From Candidatus Multivoradales bacterium (GTDB lineage Bacteria; Acidobacteriota; Thermoanaerobaculia; Multivoradales; J023), in contig CBDFLE010000006.1 in the NCBI GenBank assembly GCA_965248925.1, positions 3,072,001-3,136,000 on the forward strand: 64,000 bases of DNA, written 5' to 3'. Positions 9,925-19,096 of the stretch are shown in pieces (position 1 is the first letter of the stretch; each line of letters starts with the position of its first letter). Below the pieces are notes generated by a model that worked only from the letters and a program-made list of their open reading frames with translations, was not told the origin of the DNA and ran no database searches. The position numbers and the translations under genes were made by a program.

Positions 9925-10965
9925 ATGCGCACTGTGGCTACATCTAGGTATAGCGATCTGCTGGCGACCCTGACCGTCGAAGTCGATCAGGTTGTTCGTG
10001 GAACCGTGTCTGACGTGGCAGCTGCGCATGCCCTCTTGCCGAACCTTGAAGATCTTCGCTACAACGCCCCTGAGCCGGTGGCCAAGCTGGCAGTGCGGTT
10101 GGTGAAAGCGGCGCCCAATCTTACCGGTGAAGCGGATGAACGGATATCGCTGGCTGCTGAGGCGATGGGCATTTTTGCCTCGACCAAGCGTCTAATGGGA
10201 AAGATCCGCCCGGCCGGCATCGTGCTGAGAAGAGCTTTGGCGCTGGCAGGTGACCTGCCGGTGCGAGCTAACTTGCTGCAGCGATCGGTTGCGGTGCTGA
10301 TCTTGAGCGGCCGCCTTACCGAGGCGCTCCAGGTTACTGAGACCGCGACTCGCAGCTACCTGAACCAGCGGGACCTAGTCGGCCTCGGCCGGGTATTAGT
10401 TTCTCGCGGCTGTGTGCTGTTCAATCTCGGCCACTTCCGAGAAAGCTCCGCTTGGCATTGCGCGGGTTTGCGGCTGTTGCCGGCTGAGACCCGCATTGAC
10501 CGAGCTTCGGCGCTGCAGATGCTCGGCCTCATCGCCTTTCAAGGAGACGATTTCGCCACCGCCTATCGACTCCAGATACGGGCTCTTCGGATGCTCGATC
10601 CCGACGATGCCTACAACCGAGCACAGGTACGCTGGCTGCTGGCCGCGACGACCTATCGTCGCGGCAGCATGGCACAAACAGAACTTCTTCTGCGTCAAGC
10701 GCGTTCAGCGCTGACTCACCCGTTCGATCGGGCGTTGGTCACTCTCGACCTCATCGAGGTGTTGATCGAGCGAGGCCAGAACATGGAAGCGGTAGCCAAG
10801 GCCAAAGACATGGCTGCCTTACTGCAACCATTCCAGCGCTTGCCGATGGTTGAGGGTGCGATACTGGTGTTTGTTCGTGCGGCATTGGCCGGCGATTTGA
10901 CCGAAGCCCTGGTCAACGCAACTCGTTCCAGATTGCAGCAAGTACAGCATACGTCGGCCCAGTAG
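9925..10965 (+). CDS. TPR-like alpha-solenoid protein (family frequent in Thermoanaerobaculia)
   Basis: Repeated helical TPR-like units (GRVLVSRG..LFNLG, ALQMLGLI) and C-terminal LVTLDL.E..IERG...A; ATG 9925 is preferred over GTG 9730. Confidence 0.6.
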   Translation: MRTVATSRYSDLLATLTVEVDQVVRGTVSDVAAAHALLPNLEDLRYNAPEPVAKLAVRLVKAAPNLTGEADERISLAAEAMGIFASTKRLMGKIRPAGIVLRRALALAGDLPVRANLLQRSVAVLILSGRLTEALQVTETATRSYLNQRDLVGLGRVLVSRGCVLFNLGHFRESSAWHCAGLRLLPAETRIDRASALQMLGLIAFQGDDFATAYRLQIRALRMLDPDDAYNRAQVRWLLAATTYRRGSMAQTELLLRQARSALTHPFDRALVTLDLIEVLIERGQNMEAVAKAKDMAALLQPFQRLPMVEGAILVFVRAALAGDLTEALVNATRSRLQQVQHTSAQ

Positions 10966-11199
10966 GGACTAGCCCATTGGAATAATCTGGCCGCCAAGGC
11001 TGAACACGGTCTGACTTAGATTCTGATGCATGGCGATACCTCGGACCGGGACGAAGACCGGCTGAATTGCCAATGGCCGCCCGAGACCTCTCTAAGGAAG
11101 CCTAGCAAAGCACTATTGGCAATACCTGGTCCAATGGGCCTGCCAAGGGGCAACTGCTACCGGCAATGGGCAAGAACCGGGTAGAGGAAGGCTATTGCC

Positions 11200-12345
11200 C
11201 TAGCTTTTTTTAGATTCGGCGGAGCGCTGCCCCGCCGCCCACCACAGCACAGCGAAGATCCCCAAGCTAGGACCGAGCAATGTCCGCCGGCTGGGCCAGA
11301 GGTAGAGGCGTTTGGCTTCCACCGGGCTGCGGTACCGGGCCGGGTCGCGTTGCGGTACTTGGACCTCGAGCGCCCGGCGTTGCTCCTCGGAGTACCGATG
11401 GCGACTCGCGTGACGGAAGGAATGCAGATCCAGGAAGGGGGAGAAGTACTTCTCCAGGATGCGGTTGGCTTGCCAGGCCATGTAAGGATCACCGCTGAGC
11501 AGACGCTCATTACGGTGTAGCGCGTGGGCCCCGGCTTCGGTCAGGTAGTAGTCCTCCGGTCCCAGCACTTCGAGACCATCCGGTGGTTGGGCGGCCCATT
11601 GGCGAGTGCGAGTCCGCTGGAGCGTGAGCAGCTGCTGGCGGCTGAAGCGGGAGCGGAAGCGACCGATCTCGGGATCTTCGATCTCTTGTCCCAAGTGCGC
11701 GAGGGCGAAGAAACCACTGACTGCCAGCAGAGCTACCGCGGTACCGCGGAGCAACCACCGGCATGAATTGGGTAGCAAGCTCCAGCGCCAGCGGGCTGGG
11801 GGTTTGACCCCGACTCCGAAGACCAGGCCGGCAATGCCGGCAGCCAGATCCACCCCCACATCGCGGATCTCGCCGATCCGCTGCGGTGCCCACCATTGCA
11901 CGCTCTCTTCGGCAACCGCGGCCAGCAGCGTGCCAATCAGCGGCAGCAGCAGGGTCGATAGATCGCCGCGCTGGCGAAATGCCAGGTAGAGCAGGAAGGC
12001 GATGGTGCCGTACTCCAGGATATGCACCTTCTCGACCACATCGACCCGTAGGTTGCCGGTGGCGAATCCGCGCGCTTGCAGCCAGACCAGCGCGACAGTG
12101 GCCAGCAGCACCAGGTAGCGTGGCCAGCGGTGCTCACGAATACGCAGCATCGCCCAAAGCAACAGCGCAGCGCCCACCCCCAAGAGGGTGAGCGCCAGCA
12201 CCTGCAAGAACAGGCTGGGCATGCTGCGCAGCAGGAGATCGCGAATCTCTCCCATCGCCGGCGCGCTGGCGGTGACAGCCACCGCGATCATCAGGGGGGC
12301 GAGGAGCTGTCGGTGAAGTGGTTTAGAAGCTGGGGGGTCGTGCAT
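11200..12345 (-). CDS. VanZ-family membrane protein with a C-terminal soluble domain
   Basis: Several TM helices; EKVHILEYG and EESVQWWAPQR.GEIRDVGVD VanZ motifs. Confidence 0.75.
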   Translation of the reverse strand: MHDPPASKPLHRQLLAPLMIAVAVTASAPAMGEIRDLLLRSMPSLFLQVLALTLLGVGAALLLWAMLRIREHRWPRYLVLLATVALVWLQARGFATGNLRVDVVEKVHILEYGTIAFLLYLAFRQRGDLSTLLLPLIGTLLAAVAEESVQWWAPQRIGEIRDVGVDLAAGIAGLVFGVGVKPPARWRWSLLPNSCRWLLRGTAVALLAVSGFFALAHLGQEIEDPEIGRFRSRFSRQQLLTLQRTRTRQWAAQPPDGLEVLGPEDYYLTEAGAHALHRNERLLSGDPYMAWQANRILEKYFSPFLDLHSFRHASRHRYSEEQRRALEVQVPQRDPARYRSPVEAKRLYLWPSRRTLLGPSLGIFAVLWWAAGQRSAESKKS

Positions 12346-12462
12346 CGGCGCTCGCTGGGCCGTCGCGGCTCGATTGCCGCCGACGACCCGATGCTATCCC
12401 GGCTTCGCGGCCACATTCTGGCCAGAATCGGGCAAGGAGAGGGCACCGCCCGGAAACAATCG

Positions 12463-13635
12463 TTAGAGGTCCTCGCTCAGGGTCACCGAGCCCGATCCGG
12501 TGTCGATCTCGGCCCGTACCCGGCCGCTGCCGAGGGTTGCTTCGAGGTAGTCGTCTTCCTTCTTGTCAATTCGCAGACCCCCGATATCGACAAGAATTCT
12601 ACCGCTGCCAGTGTTGACCGTCAGATCGACCTCCGGAAAGGGCGAAGAACGTAAGATCACCTTGCCGGACCCGGTGTCGATCACCAGCCGATCGAGGGCC
12701 GAGAGATCGCCAGCCAAGATCACATGACCGGAGCCGGTATCGGCCACCAAACGGCCGCGGGCTACCACTCCCCGGCCGTCGATGTCGCCGGAGCCGGTAT
12801 CCAGGGCCAGCTGGCCGCTAACGTCCTCCAGTTCGACATCGCCGGAGCCGGTGTCGGCGCTGATCTTGTCTGCCTGGATGTCGCGCAAGCGGATGTCGCC
12901 GGAGCCGGTGTCCGCTGTCACGTCGCCGACTACGCCGTTGATCTCAACATCGCCGGAACCGGTATCGGCCACTACGGTACCGCGGTGGTTCTCAATCTCA
13001 ACATTGCCGGAGCCGGTGTCAGCGCTCAGGCTGCCCTCGCAGTCGCCGGCATGTACTTGGCCGCTGGCCGTGTCAAGCATCAGATCCCCGTGGATCCCCA
13101 GTGCTTGGATGGCGCCAGCGACATTCTCGACCTTGGCACCGACGCCATCCGGCAGCCGCATCACGATATTGACGTACAAGGTCACCGCACCGCGGCCCTG
13201 CTTGCTAGTCACCCGCAGTCGCCGGCCCTGGTAGCGCTGCTCGGAGCCTCCCCACCAGCCCCAGCTGCCAGCACTTTGTCCGTCAGGGTAGTAGTAGGTG
13301 TCGTAGCGATCTACCGGGTAGTCGAGGTGAATCAAGGTCTCACCGCCTCGCCGATCGACTTTCAGCTTGATCAGTCCCGACATCTCGGCATCCTCGCCGA
13401 CTACCTCGGCATCAATGCTGACCTGATCGCCACCGCGTTCGATGCGGATCGAGCCGGCCAGATTCTCTAGCACCACCGTCGCACCAGAGTCTGCGGCGGC
13501 GGTGGCTGACAACTCGCGTCGGTGTTCAGCTGCCAGCGGCGTGGCGACCAGTAGCAGGAGCAGGATAGAAACGAGACTTTGCCGACGCCCAGCGGAGACG
13601 CCTTGGTGTCGCGGATTGTTGCTGTCGATTCTCAT
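12463..13635 (-). CDS. DUF4097/adhesin-like beta-helix repeat secreted protein
   Basis: Signal-peptide-like segment (LLLLLVATPLAAE) and about 10 repeats of (A/L)DTGSGD(V/I). Start uncertain (13635 or 13680). Confidence 0.85.
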   Translation of the reverse strand: MRIDSNNPRHQGVSAGRRQSLVSILLLLLVATPLAAEHRRELSATAAADSGATVVLENLAGSIRIERGGDQVSIDAEVVGEDAEMSGLIKLKVDRRGGETLIHLDYPVDRYDTYYYPDGQSAGSWGWWGGSEQRYQGRRLRVTSKQGRGAVTLYVNIVMRLPDGVGAKVENVAGAIQALGIHGDLMLDTASGQVHAGDCEGSLSADTGSGNVEIENHRGTVVADTGSGDVEINGVVGDVTADTGSGDIRLRDIQADKISADTGSGDVELEDVSGQLALDTGSGDIDGRGVVARGRLVADTGSGHVILAGDLSALDRLVIDTGSGKVILRSSPFPEVDLTVNTGSGRILVDIGGLRIDKKEDDYLEATLGSGRVRAEIDTGSGSVTLSEDL

Positions 13636-13866
13636 GGGTCGATCTCCCTCGAAGCGGGTTCCAGTTCTGTTGTCGGTCATCTGCTCTGCCCCTCTGCAAA
13701 CAGTAGAGGCGCTTCTGAGATGCCCGCGGTGGCGGTTCGGTTTAGTGGCTCTGCGACTTGCCATTAGGGATTTTTCTTTCCTGCCCCTCATTTGGCAGGT
13801 TTTGCGGTCTACAATGGTAGCTTCCCGATCTGGTTTCGCAGGGACTTGTCCGGTTCCGACTAGGAG

Positions 13867-14997
13867 ATGGTGGTGACGACCTCTCGATCAAGCGACGCGC
13901 TGGGCGGCACCCTCTCGGTGCCGAAGGGGGCGCAGAGTCCGCGTCTCGGCAAGGAAGAACGCCGTGAATTGCTAGCCCGAGTCGAGCGTAGCTCGGCCCG
14001 TGTTTCTCTACGTGCGGATCTTCAGCGCACTCAGCGCGCCCTCGACAGTGGCGACTTGCAAGTTGCTCGGCAGCTGGTCGATGATCTCGAAAAGAGGGAC
14101 GCCCTAGCGGCGGGTTTGCCGTTGTTGCGTGACCGGCTCGAGCGAGCCGAGGCCGAGAATCGCCAGACGACTCGCTGGCGCCAGACCGAGGAACTGCTCA
14201 CCCGCTACATTCAGCAGCGCAAAAGGCCTCTTGCCGAGTTGGCTTGCGATTCGCTTGCCGAGTTGGCGCCCAACCATCCCCGGCTCGACGACTATCGGCG
14301 TTGGATTCGTGACCTCGAGGGTGAAGTGGCGGAGCAGGAGAAGCTCGACGCGGTTCTCAAGCGGGCTCGTGGCGCTCTCGAGAGCGGTCGTCTCGACGAA
14401 GCCCGTCGGCAGTTGAAGGCCTTGCGCAAAGTGGATGTTGACGGTCTGTACAGCGATCCTTTTGCTCGTCAATTGGAGCAGGTGGAAAACGACAAGGCCG
14501 AGCAGCAAGGCATCGAACGCGGCAAGCAGCGGATTGAACGCCAGCTAGAGGCCGGCGAGCTGCTGGCGGCGAGTCGCGAGATCGAAGCGTTGGCGGCGCT
14601 GGCGGTGCCCAAGATCACCCTCGATTTTCTGCGCCAGCGTTTGGCCCAGACCCGGGCTCGGCTCGAGGACCAAGAGCAGCTGGTCGAACTCGAGCGTCGT
14701 TTCCGTGGCCATCTCGAAGCTCGCAATTGGGATGCTGCTCGTGATGTGGCGCACGAAGGGGGGCGGATCTTTCCTCAGAGCCAGCGGCCGCGCGACATGT
14801 TCGACGAGGTCCATCTCCGAGAAGCCGAGGAGCGTCGGGGTCAGTCGTTGCTCCATGGCATCAACACTTTGGAGAAGTTCATTGCCGCGGGTCGACGTAG
14901 TGAAGCCGAGCTGGCCTTGACAGTGCTCGACGGGTTGCAGTTGGACCCATCTCGCCGGGCGAACTATGTCGTGCAGATTGCTCGCTTGCAGCGCTGA
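13867..14997 (+). CDS. Hypothetical alpha-helical repeat/coiled-coil protein
   Basis: 376-aa ORF with AGGAG RBS, host-like codon use and repeated AL.SG.L..AR units. Confidence 0.7.
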   Translation: MVVTTSRSSDALGGTLSVPKGAQSPRLGKEERRELLARVERSSARVSLRADLQRTQRALDSGDLQVARQLVDDLEKRDALAAGLPLLRDRLERAEAENRQTTRWRQTEELLTRYIQQRKRPLAELACDSLAELAPNHPRLDDYRRWIRDLEGEVAEQEKLDAVLKRARGALESGRLDEARRQLKALRKVDVDGLYSDPFARQLEQVENDKAEQQGIERGKQRIERQLEAGELLAASREIEALAALAVPKITLDFLRQRLAQTRARLEDQEQLVELERRFRGHLEARNWDAARDVAHEGGRIFPQSQRPRDMFDEVHLREAEERRGQSLLHGINTLEKFIAAGRRSEAELALTVLDGLQLDPSRRANYVVQIARLQR

Positions 14998-15059
14998 TCT
15001 TGACCGCATCCTCAATTCCCCTTGTCGCGGCGCCACGTCGCACTTATAGTTCGCCGCCG

Positions 15060-17129
15060 ATGGACGCCAGCCAAAAACTCTCAACCTACGCCTACATGAA
15101 GTTAGCGCGGGACCTCGACCTGCGCTTCAGCTTACTGCTCAAGACCGGCCGAGTGGCCAAGTGGTACAGCCAGATCGGCAGCGAGGCAACCACGGTAGCC
15201 GCCGGCTCCGTGCTCGAGCCGGGTGATGCGCTATGCACCCTACATCGGGATCTCGGTGCGATCTTGATGGTCTACTTGGATCCGGCGCGGGCCTTCCCCG
15301 GCTTGGGCTTTGGCCAGGCCGATGGTCTGCGGCCGGATCCCGAGTCGCTGCTCTACCGCTTGTGCTGCCAGCTTTTGGGCCGAGCTGAGGGATTCTCCAA
15401 GGGATTCGAGCGCTCTTTCCATTTTGGCCACCTGGCTGCGGAAGAAGGAATTCTCCATGTTGGCATGATCAGCCACCTTGGGGCGATGATTCCGGTGGCC
15501 GCGGGTTGCGCTTTCGCTCTCGGTCGCCGCGGTCAAGGCCGCTTGGCGTTGAACTTCATCGGCGAGGGTGGCACCTCGACCGGTGATTTTCACGAGGGTC
15601 TCAACATGGCGGCGGTGTGGAAGCTGCCGCTGATTCTGGTGGTGCAGAACAATCGCTTCGCCTTCTCGACGCCGAGCGCGGCGCAATATGCCGCCGAGCG
15701 TCTCAGCGATCGCGGATTGGGCTACGGCATTGCTGCCGAGACCGTCGACGGCAACGACCCCGAGGCAGTGAGGTTGGCAATCGAGCGCGCCGCGGCGCGC
15801 GCTCGGTCGGGTCTGGGGCCGACTTTGATCGAGGCCATGCAGGGCCGTATGCGGGGCCACAGCGAGGGCGACGACTCACTCAAGGTGGTGCCCGAGGACG
15901 AACTCAAGACCTATCTTGATCAAGATCCAGTGGCGGCCTACGCGCGGCTGCTCGAGATCGAGGGAATCTTGACCGCCGAGGTGGCGGAGCGCCTGGATGG
16001 GCGTATTGCCGAGCTTATCGAAGATTCCATCAGCCGCGCTCTCGACTCACCCGAACCGGTGGCGGAAAGCGCTTTGCGGCCAGCGCTGGCTCCACTGCCG
16101 GAGATACAGCCGCAGACTCCGCCGGAGCTACCGCCAGTAGCACCTCCAGTGGCCGAGGGGCCACCAGAGACCTACGTCGAGGGCATCCACCAGGCGCTCA
16201 TGGAGGAGATGGAGCGAGATGAATCGGTAGTGCTGATGGGTCAGGACATCGGAGTTTTCGAAGGGGCCTTCCGCGTTACTCGCGGCTTGCACGCGCGCTG
16301 GCCTGAGCGGGTGCTCGACACGCCGATCGCCGAGAGCGGTACCTTGGGGATTGCCGCCGGTGCGGCGCTACTGGGATTTCGGCCGGTGATCGAGATGCAA
16401 TTTGCCGATTTCATCTCCTGCGGCTTCAACCAGCTGGTCAATGTGATCGCCAAGCTCTATTACCGTTGGCAAGTGTCGGTGCCGTTGGTAGTACGGCTGC
16501 CGTCGGGTGGCGGGGTGGGCGCAGGGCCGTTTCACTCGCAGAATCCAGAAGCCTGGTTTGCCCACACCGCGGGACTCAAAGTGGTCTGTCCGGCCACTGC
16601 CGAAGATGCCAAGCTGCTGCTCAAGGCGGCGATTCGCGATCCCAACCCGGTGGTCTTCTGCGAGCACAAATACCTCTACCGGCGGATCAAGGCGGCCCTG
16701 CCCGATAGCGGTGAAGTGGCTGAGATCGGCCGCGCCCGAGTGCTGCGCGAAGGCCGCAACCTGTCGTTGGTGGCCTACGGTGCCAGCACCTGGACTTGTC
16801 TAGAAGTAGCCGAGCTGCTGGCTGAGGAGGGGGTTGAGGTCGAGGTGCTTGATCTGCGCACCCTGGTGCCCCTGGACGAGCAGGCGATCATTGCCTCGGC
16901 GCGGCGTTGCTCGCGGGCTTTGGTGGTTCACGAGGCTCAAGGAACTGGCGGTTTCGGTGGCGAGGTGGCGGCGCGGATCGCCGATCTGGCCTTTCAATGG
17001 CTCGATGCTCCGGTGCGCCGAGTGGCCTACCCGGATCGGCCGGTGCCCTACTTCAAGAGCCTCGAGCAAGCCCTCCTCCCAGGTCGCGACAAGGTTCTGG
17101 CCGCGGCCCGGGAATTGTTGGCCTACTAG
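15060..17129 (+). CDS. 2-oxoacid (branched-chain-type) dehydrogenase E1, fused alpha+beta
   Basis: TPP motif GEGGTSTGDFHEGLN...NN, GHSEGD, Pro-rich linker, and beta-domain motifs DTPIAE, EMQFADF, GPFHSQ. Confidence 0.92.
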   Translation: MDASQKLSTYAYMKLARDLDLRFSLLLKTGRVAKWYSQIGSEATTVAAGSVLEPGDALCTLHRDLGAILMVYLDPARAFPGLGFGQADGLRPDPESLLYRLCCQLLGRAEGFSKGFERSFHFGHLAAEEGILHVGMISHLGAMIPVAAGCAFALGRRGQGRLALNFIGEGGTSTGDFHEGLNMAAVWKLPLILVVQNNRFAFSTPSAAQYAAERLSDRGLGYGIAAETVDGNDPEAVRLAIERAAARARSGLGPTLIEAMQGRMRGHSEGDDSLKVVPEDELKTYLDQDPVAAYARLLEIEGILTAEVAERLDGRIAELIEDSISRALDSPEPVAESALRPALAPLPEIQPQTPPELPPVAPPVAEGPPETYVEGIHQALMEEMERDESVVLMGQDIGVFEGAFRVTRGLHARWPERVLDTPIAESGTLGIAAGAALLGFRPVIEMQFADFISCGFNQLVNVIAKLYYRWQVSVPLVVRLPSGGGVGAGPFHSQNPEAWFAHTAGLKVVCPATAEDAKLLLKAAIRDPNPVVFCEHKYLYRRIKAALPDSGEVAEIGRARVLREGRNLSLVAYGASTWTCLEVAELLAEEGVEVEVLDLRTLVPLDEQAIIASARRCSRALVVHEAQGTGGFGGEVAARIADLAFQWLDAPVRRVAYPDRPVPYFKSLEQALLPGRDKVLAAARELLAY

Positions 17130-17132
17130 GTG

Positions 17133-17309
17133 GTAGGAGACGGGTTCTCTCCCTCGCGAGGAACATCATGGTTTGGCGAGGGTCTTTTTCCCTCGCGGTG
17201 GTCCGGTCGGCGGTGGAGTGCGGGTCTTGGGCTGTTGGCGACTACTCGCGCGGTCGCGAGGGATTGAAATCCCTCGCTCAGGGATAACGTCCGCCCGGGG
17301 AGGGCGGAC
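17133..17309. repeat. Cluster of REP-like palindromes between convergent genes
   Basis: GCGAGGG-N7-CCCTCGC (17176-17196), GCGAGGGATT-GA-AATCCCTCGC (17256-17277), CGTCCGCCC-GGGA-GGGCGGACG (17288-17309). Confidence 0.7.
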
Positions 17310-17326
17310 GAGGAGGCTCCGCCTGG

Positions 17327-17716
17327 CTAGCTGGGCTCGAACAGCGCCGCCACGGCGCCGGCCGGGTCACGGATCACGCAGTAGCGGCCGTGGCCGCTCA
17401 CTTCTTTGGCGTCGGCGATGATCTCACCGCCACGGTCGGTGACCTCGGCCATGCTGGTGTCGAGATCGTCGACAGTGATGTAGATCAGCCACAGAGACGG
17501 CAGGCCGGCATTGCCACCCCGGGCATGGCAGACGCCGGTGGTGGGGGTGCCGGTGGTGGGAGTGCTCATGGTGTAGTCGTTGTAGTCGCCCATGCTGGTC
17601 GGTTCGGCTTTCCAGCCGACCACCGCGCCGTAGAAGTCACGTAGCTGGTCGGCATTGTCGACCGTCAGATCGATCCAGCCGATGGTTCCGGCCTCGGGTT
17701 TCTTGGCGTCGCTCAT
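17327..17716 (-). CDS. VOC/glyoxalase family protein
   Basis: GWIDLTV..A..LRDFY..VVGW, WLIYITVDDLD, IRDPAGAV.ALFE. Confidence 0.92.
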   Translation of the reverse strand: MSDAKKPEAGTIGWIDLTVDNADQLRDFYGAVVGWKAEPTSMGDYNDYTMSTPTTGTPTTGVCHARGGNAGLPSLWLIYITVDDLDTSMAEVTDRGGEIIADAKEVSGHGRYCVIRDPAGAVAALFEPS

Positions 17717-17743
17717 GGGGTTGATTCTCCTCGGTGGGTAGGG

Positions 17744-18532
17744 TCAGATGTCGTCGTGGTGATTTTCCATCTCGTGCAGGCGATCTTCTAACTCTAGTTC
17801 AATTCGCGCTTCGAGTTCTCGGAGTCGTTCCTGGAGTTCGCCCATCCGCTCTTCGAGGCCGCTGGCTTCGACTTCTTTGAAGTACCGCAGCCGCTCGCCG
17901 AGATTCTGCTCTTCGAGGGCTCGGCTAGCTTCGCTCATCGCCTTCTCCATCAGCTCTCTGCTGACTTCTATATTCGGCAGAGCGCGAACAGTTTCCAGGC
18001 GCTCGAAAATCCCACTCATGTCGAGGGCCAAGGGGTGCCCCGAGCGTTCGGCCAGCTCGGCGCTAGTGCTGTCGGCACGGCCCTCGCGGACGTAGGCTAT
18101 CTCGACGTTGTCACCGCCTTGTTTGCGGCGGATCAGTCGGGCTAGGCCCGAAGATGACTTCACCGGCTCACCGTCCACGGCGGTGATCACGTCGCCGACC
18201 CGTAGACCCGCACGCTCGGCGGCAGAGTCTGACTGCACTTTGCCGACCAGCAAGCCGGAATCCTCAGGGGCCTTGAAGAAAGTGCGCAGCTCGGCGGTCA
18301 TCGAAGTGGTTTCGACGCCCAGGAAACCGCCGCCGGTAAGGCTGCGCAGCAGGTACTTGGCGCAATCCGCTTCGTCACCATCACATTGCACTTGCAGTTG
18401 TTGGGGGAATAGGAGTTCGAACCTGGTTGCTTCGTCATCGTCGTCGGCCCAGGCCAGGGTGGGAAGGAGCAGGCTTAGAGCCAACAAGATCAACCAGGGG
18501 TGGATGCTGGAAGGTTGGGCTTGGATTCTCAT
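17744..18532 (-). CDS. Secreted PDZ-domain protein without a protease domain
   Basis: Signal peptide, GFLGV, SAAERAGLRVGDVITAVDG, C-terminal coiled coil. Confidence 0.85.
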   Translation of the reverse strand: MRIQAQPSSIHPWLILLALSLLLPTLAWADDDDEATRFELLFPQQLQVQCDGDEADCAKYLLRSLTGGGFLGVETTSMTAELRTFFKAPEDSGLLVGKVQSDSAAERAGLRVGDVITAVDGEPVKSSSGLARLIRRKQGGDNVEIAYVREGRADSTSAELAERSGHPLALDMSGIFERLETVRALPNIEVSRELMEKAMSEASRALEEQNLGERLRYFKEVEASGLEERMGELQERLRELEARIELELEDRLHEMENHHDDI

Positions 18533-18576
18533 TTGTGATTCTCCGCGGCGGTTAGTGGGTGTTCTCTCACCCCGTT

Positions 18577-18605
18577 ATAACGCTCGATCGTTGGCTCGGT
18601 TCCCG
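18577..18605 (-). promoter_or_regulatory. ECF sigma promoter (GGAAC-N16-CGTT) upstream of the PDZ gene
   Basis: Minus strand reads CGGGAAC-N13-GAGCGTTAT, identical in flanks and spacing to the copy upstream of the ECF sigma gene. Confidence 0.8.
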
Positions 18606-18634
18606 GCAGCGCCAGGGATGGCAGCTTGCTGGAC

Positions 18635-19093
18635 TCAGAAAAGTCTGTCGCCGCGCTCGACGGCGGACTGTGGACGGACGCCCGCCGTCCCATCATCGTG
18701 GGCCAAGACGATCGACGACTCCTGGCGACCGGAGCGCAGTTTTTGCAGGCGGCCCAGATCGAGCACCAGATCGACTTGCTCGTCGCCGCCAAGGTGCAAG
18801 AGCGGGCGTGCTTGGCGGGCCAACACGGCCAGCTCTCGCGACAGTTGACGATGCTCGGCCTGTAGCACCAGCAGGCGCTCGGTACTGGCCACAGCGCGCC
18901 GGGATTCGACCCCCCGCTGGAGGAGTGCGCCGCCGATCAAGGTCGCCGCTAGCATGGCGGCAAATGCCAACCACAGGGGGCCGCGACGGGGCTCTTGGGG
19001 TTCGAGTCGGCGCAGGACGCCGGCGGTGAAACCCTCTGAGGCGCGCTCTCGGGGCAGCGCTTGCAGCGCTTCTCGCAAGCTGTCGTCGTGCAT
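18635..19093 (-). CDS. Putative single-TM anti-sigma factor
   Basis: Directly downstream of the ECF sigma; LP...AS.GFT..VL N-terminus, one TM helix, coiled coil. Confidence 0.65.
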   Translation of the reverse strand: MHDDSLREALQALPRERASEGFTAGVLRRLEPQEPRRGPLWLAFAAMLAATLIGGALLQRGVESRRAVASTERLLVLQAEHRQLSRELAVLARQARPLLHLGGDEQVDLVLDLGRLQKLRSGRQESSIVLAHDDGTAGVRPQSAVERGDRLF

Positions 19094-19096
19094 CGT

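Noticed and set aside
12480-13080. Regularly spaced GCCGGAGCCGGT repeats suggesting a CRISPR array
   Set aside because: They encode DTGSGD protein repeats inside the DUF4097 gene; no cas genes are present.
13637-13663. GGAAC-N16-CGAC upstream of the DUF4097 gene as a third ECF promoter
   Set aside because: The -10 is mismatched, overlaps the RBS and sits only 2 nt from the ATG.
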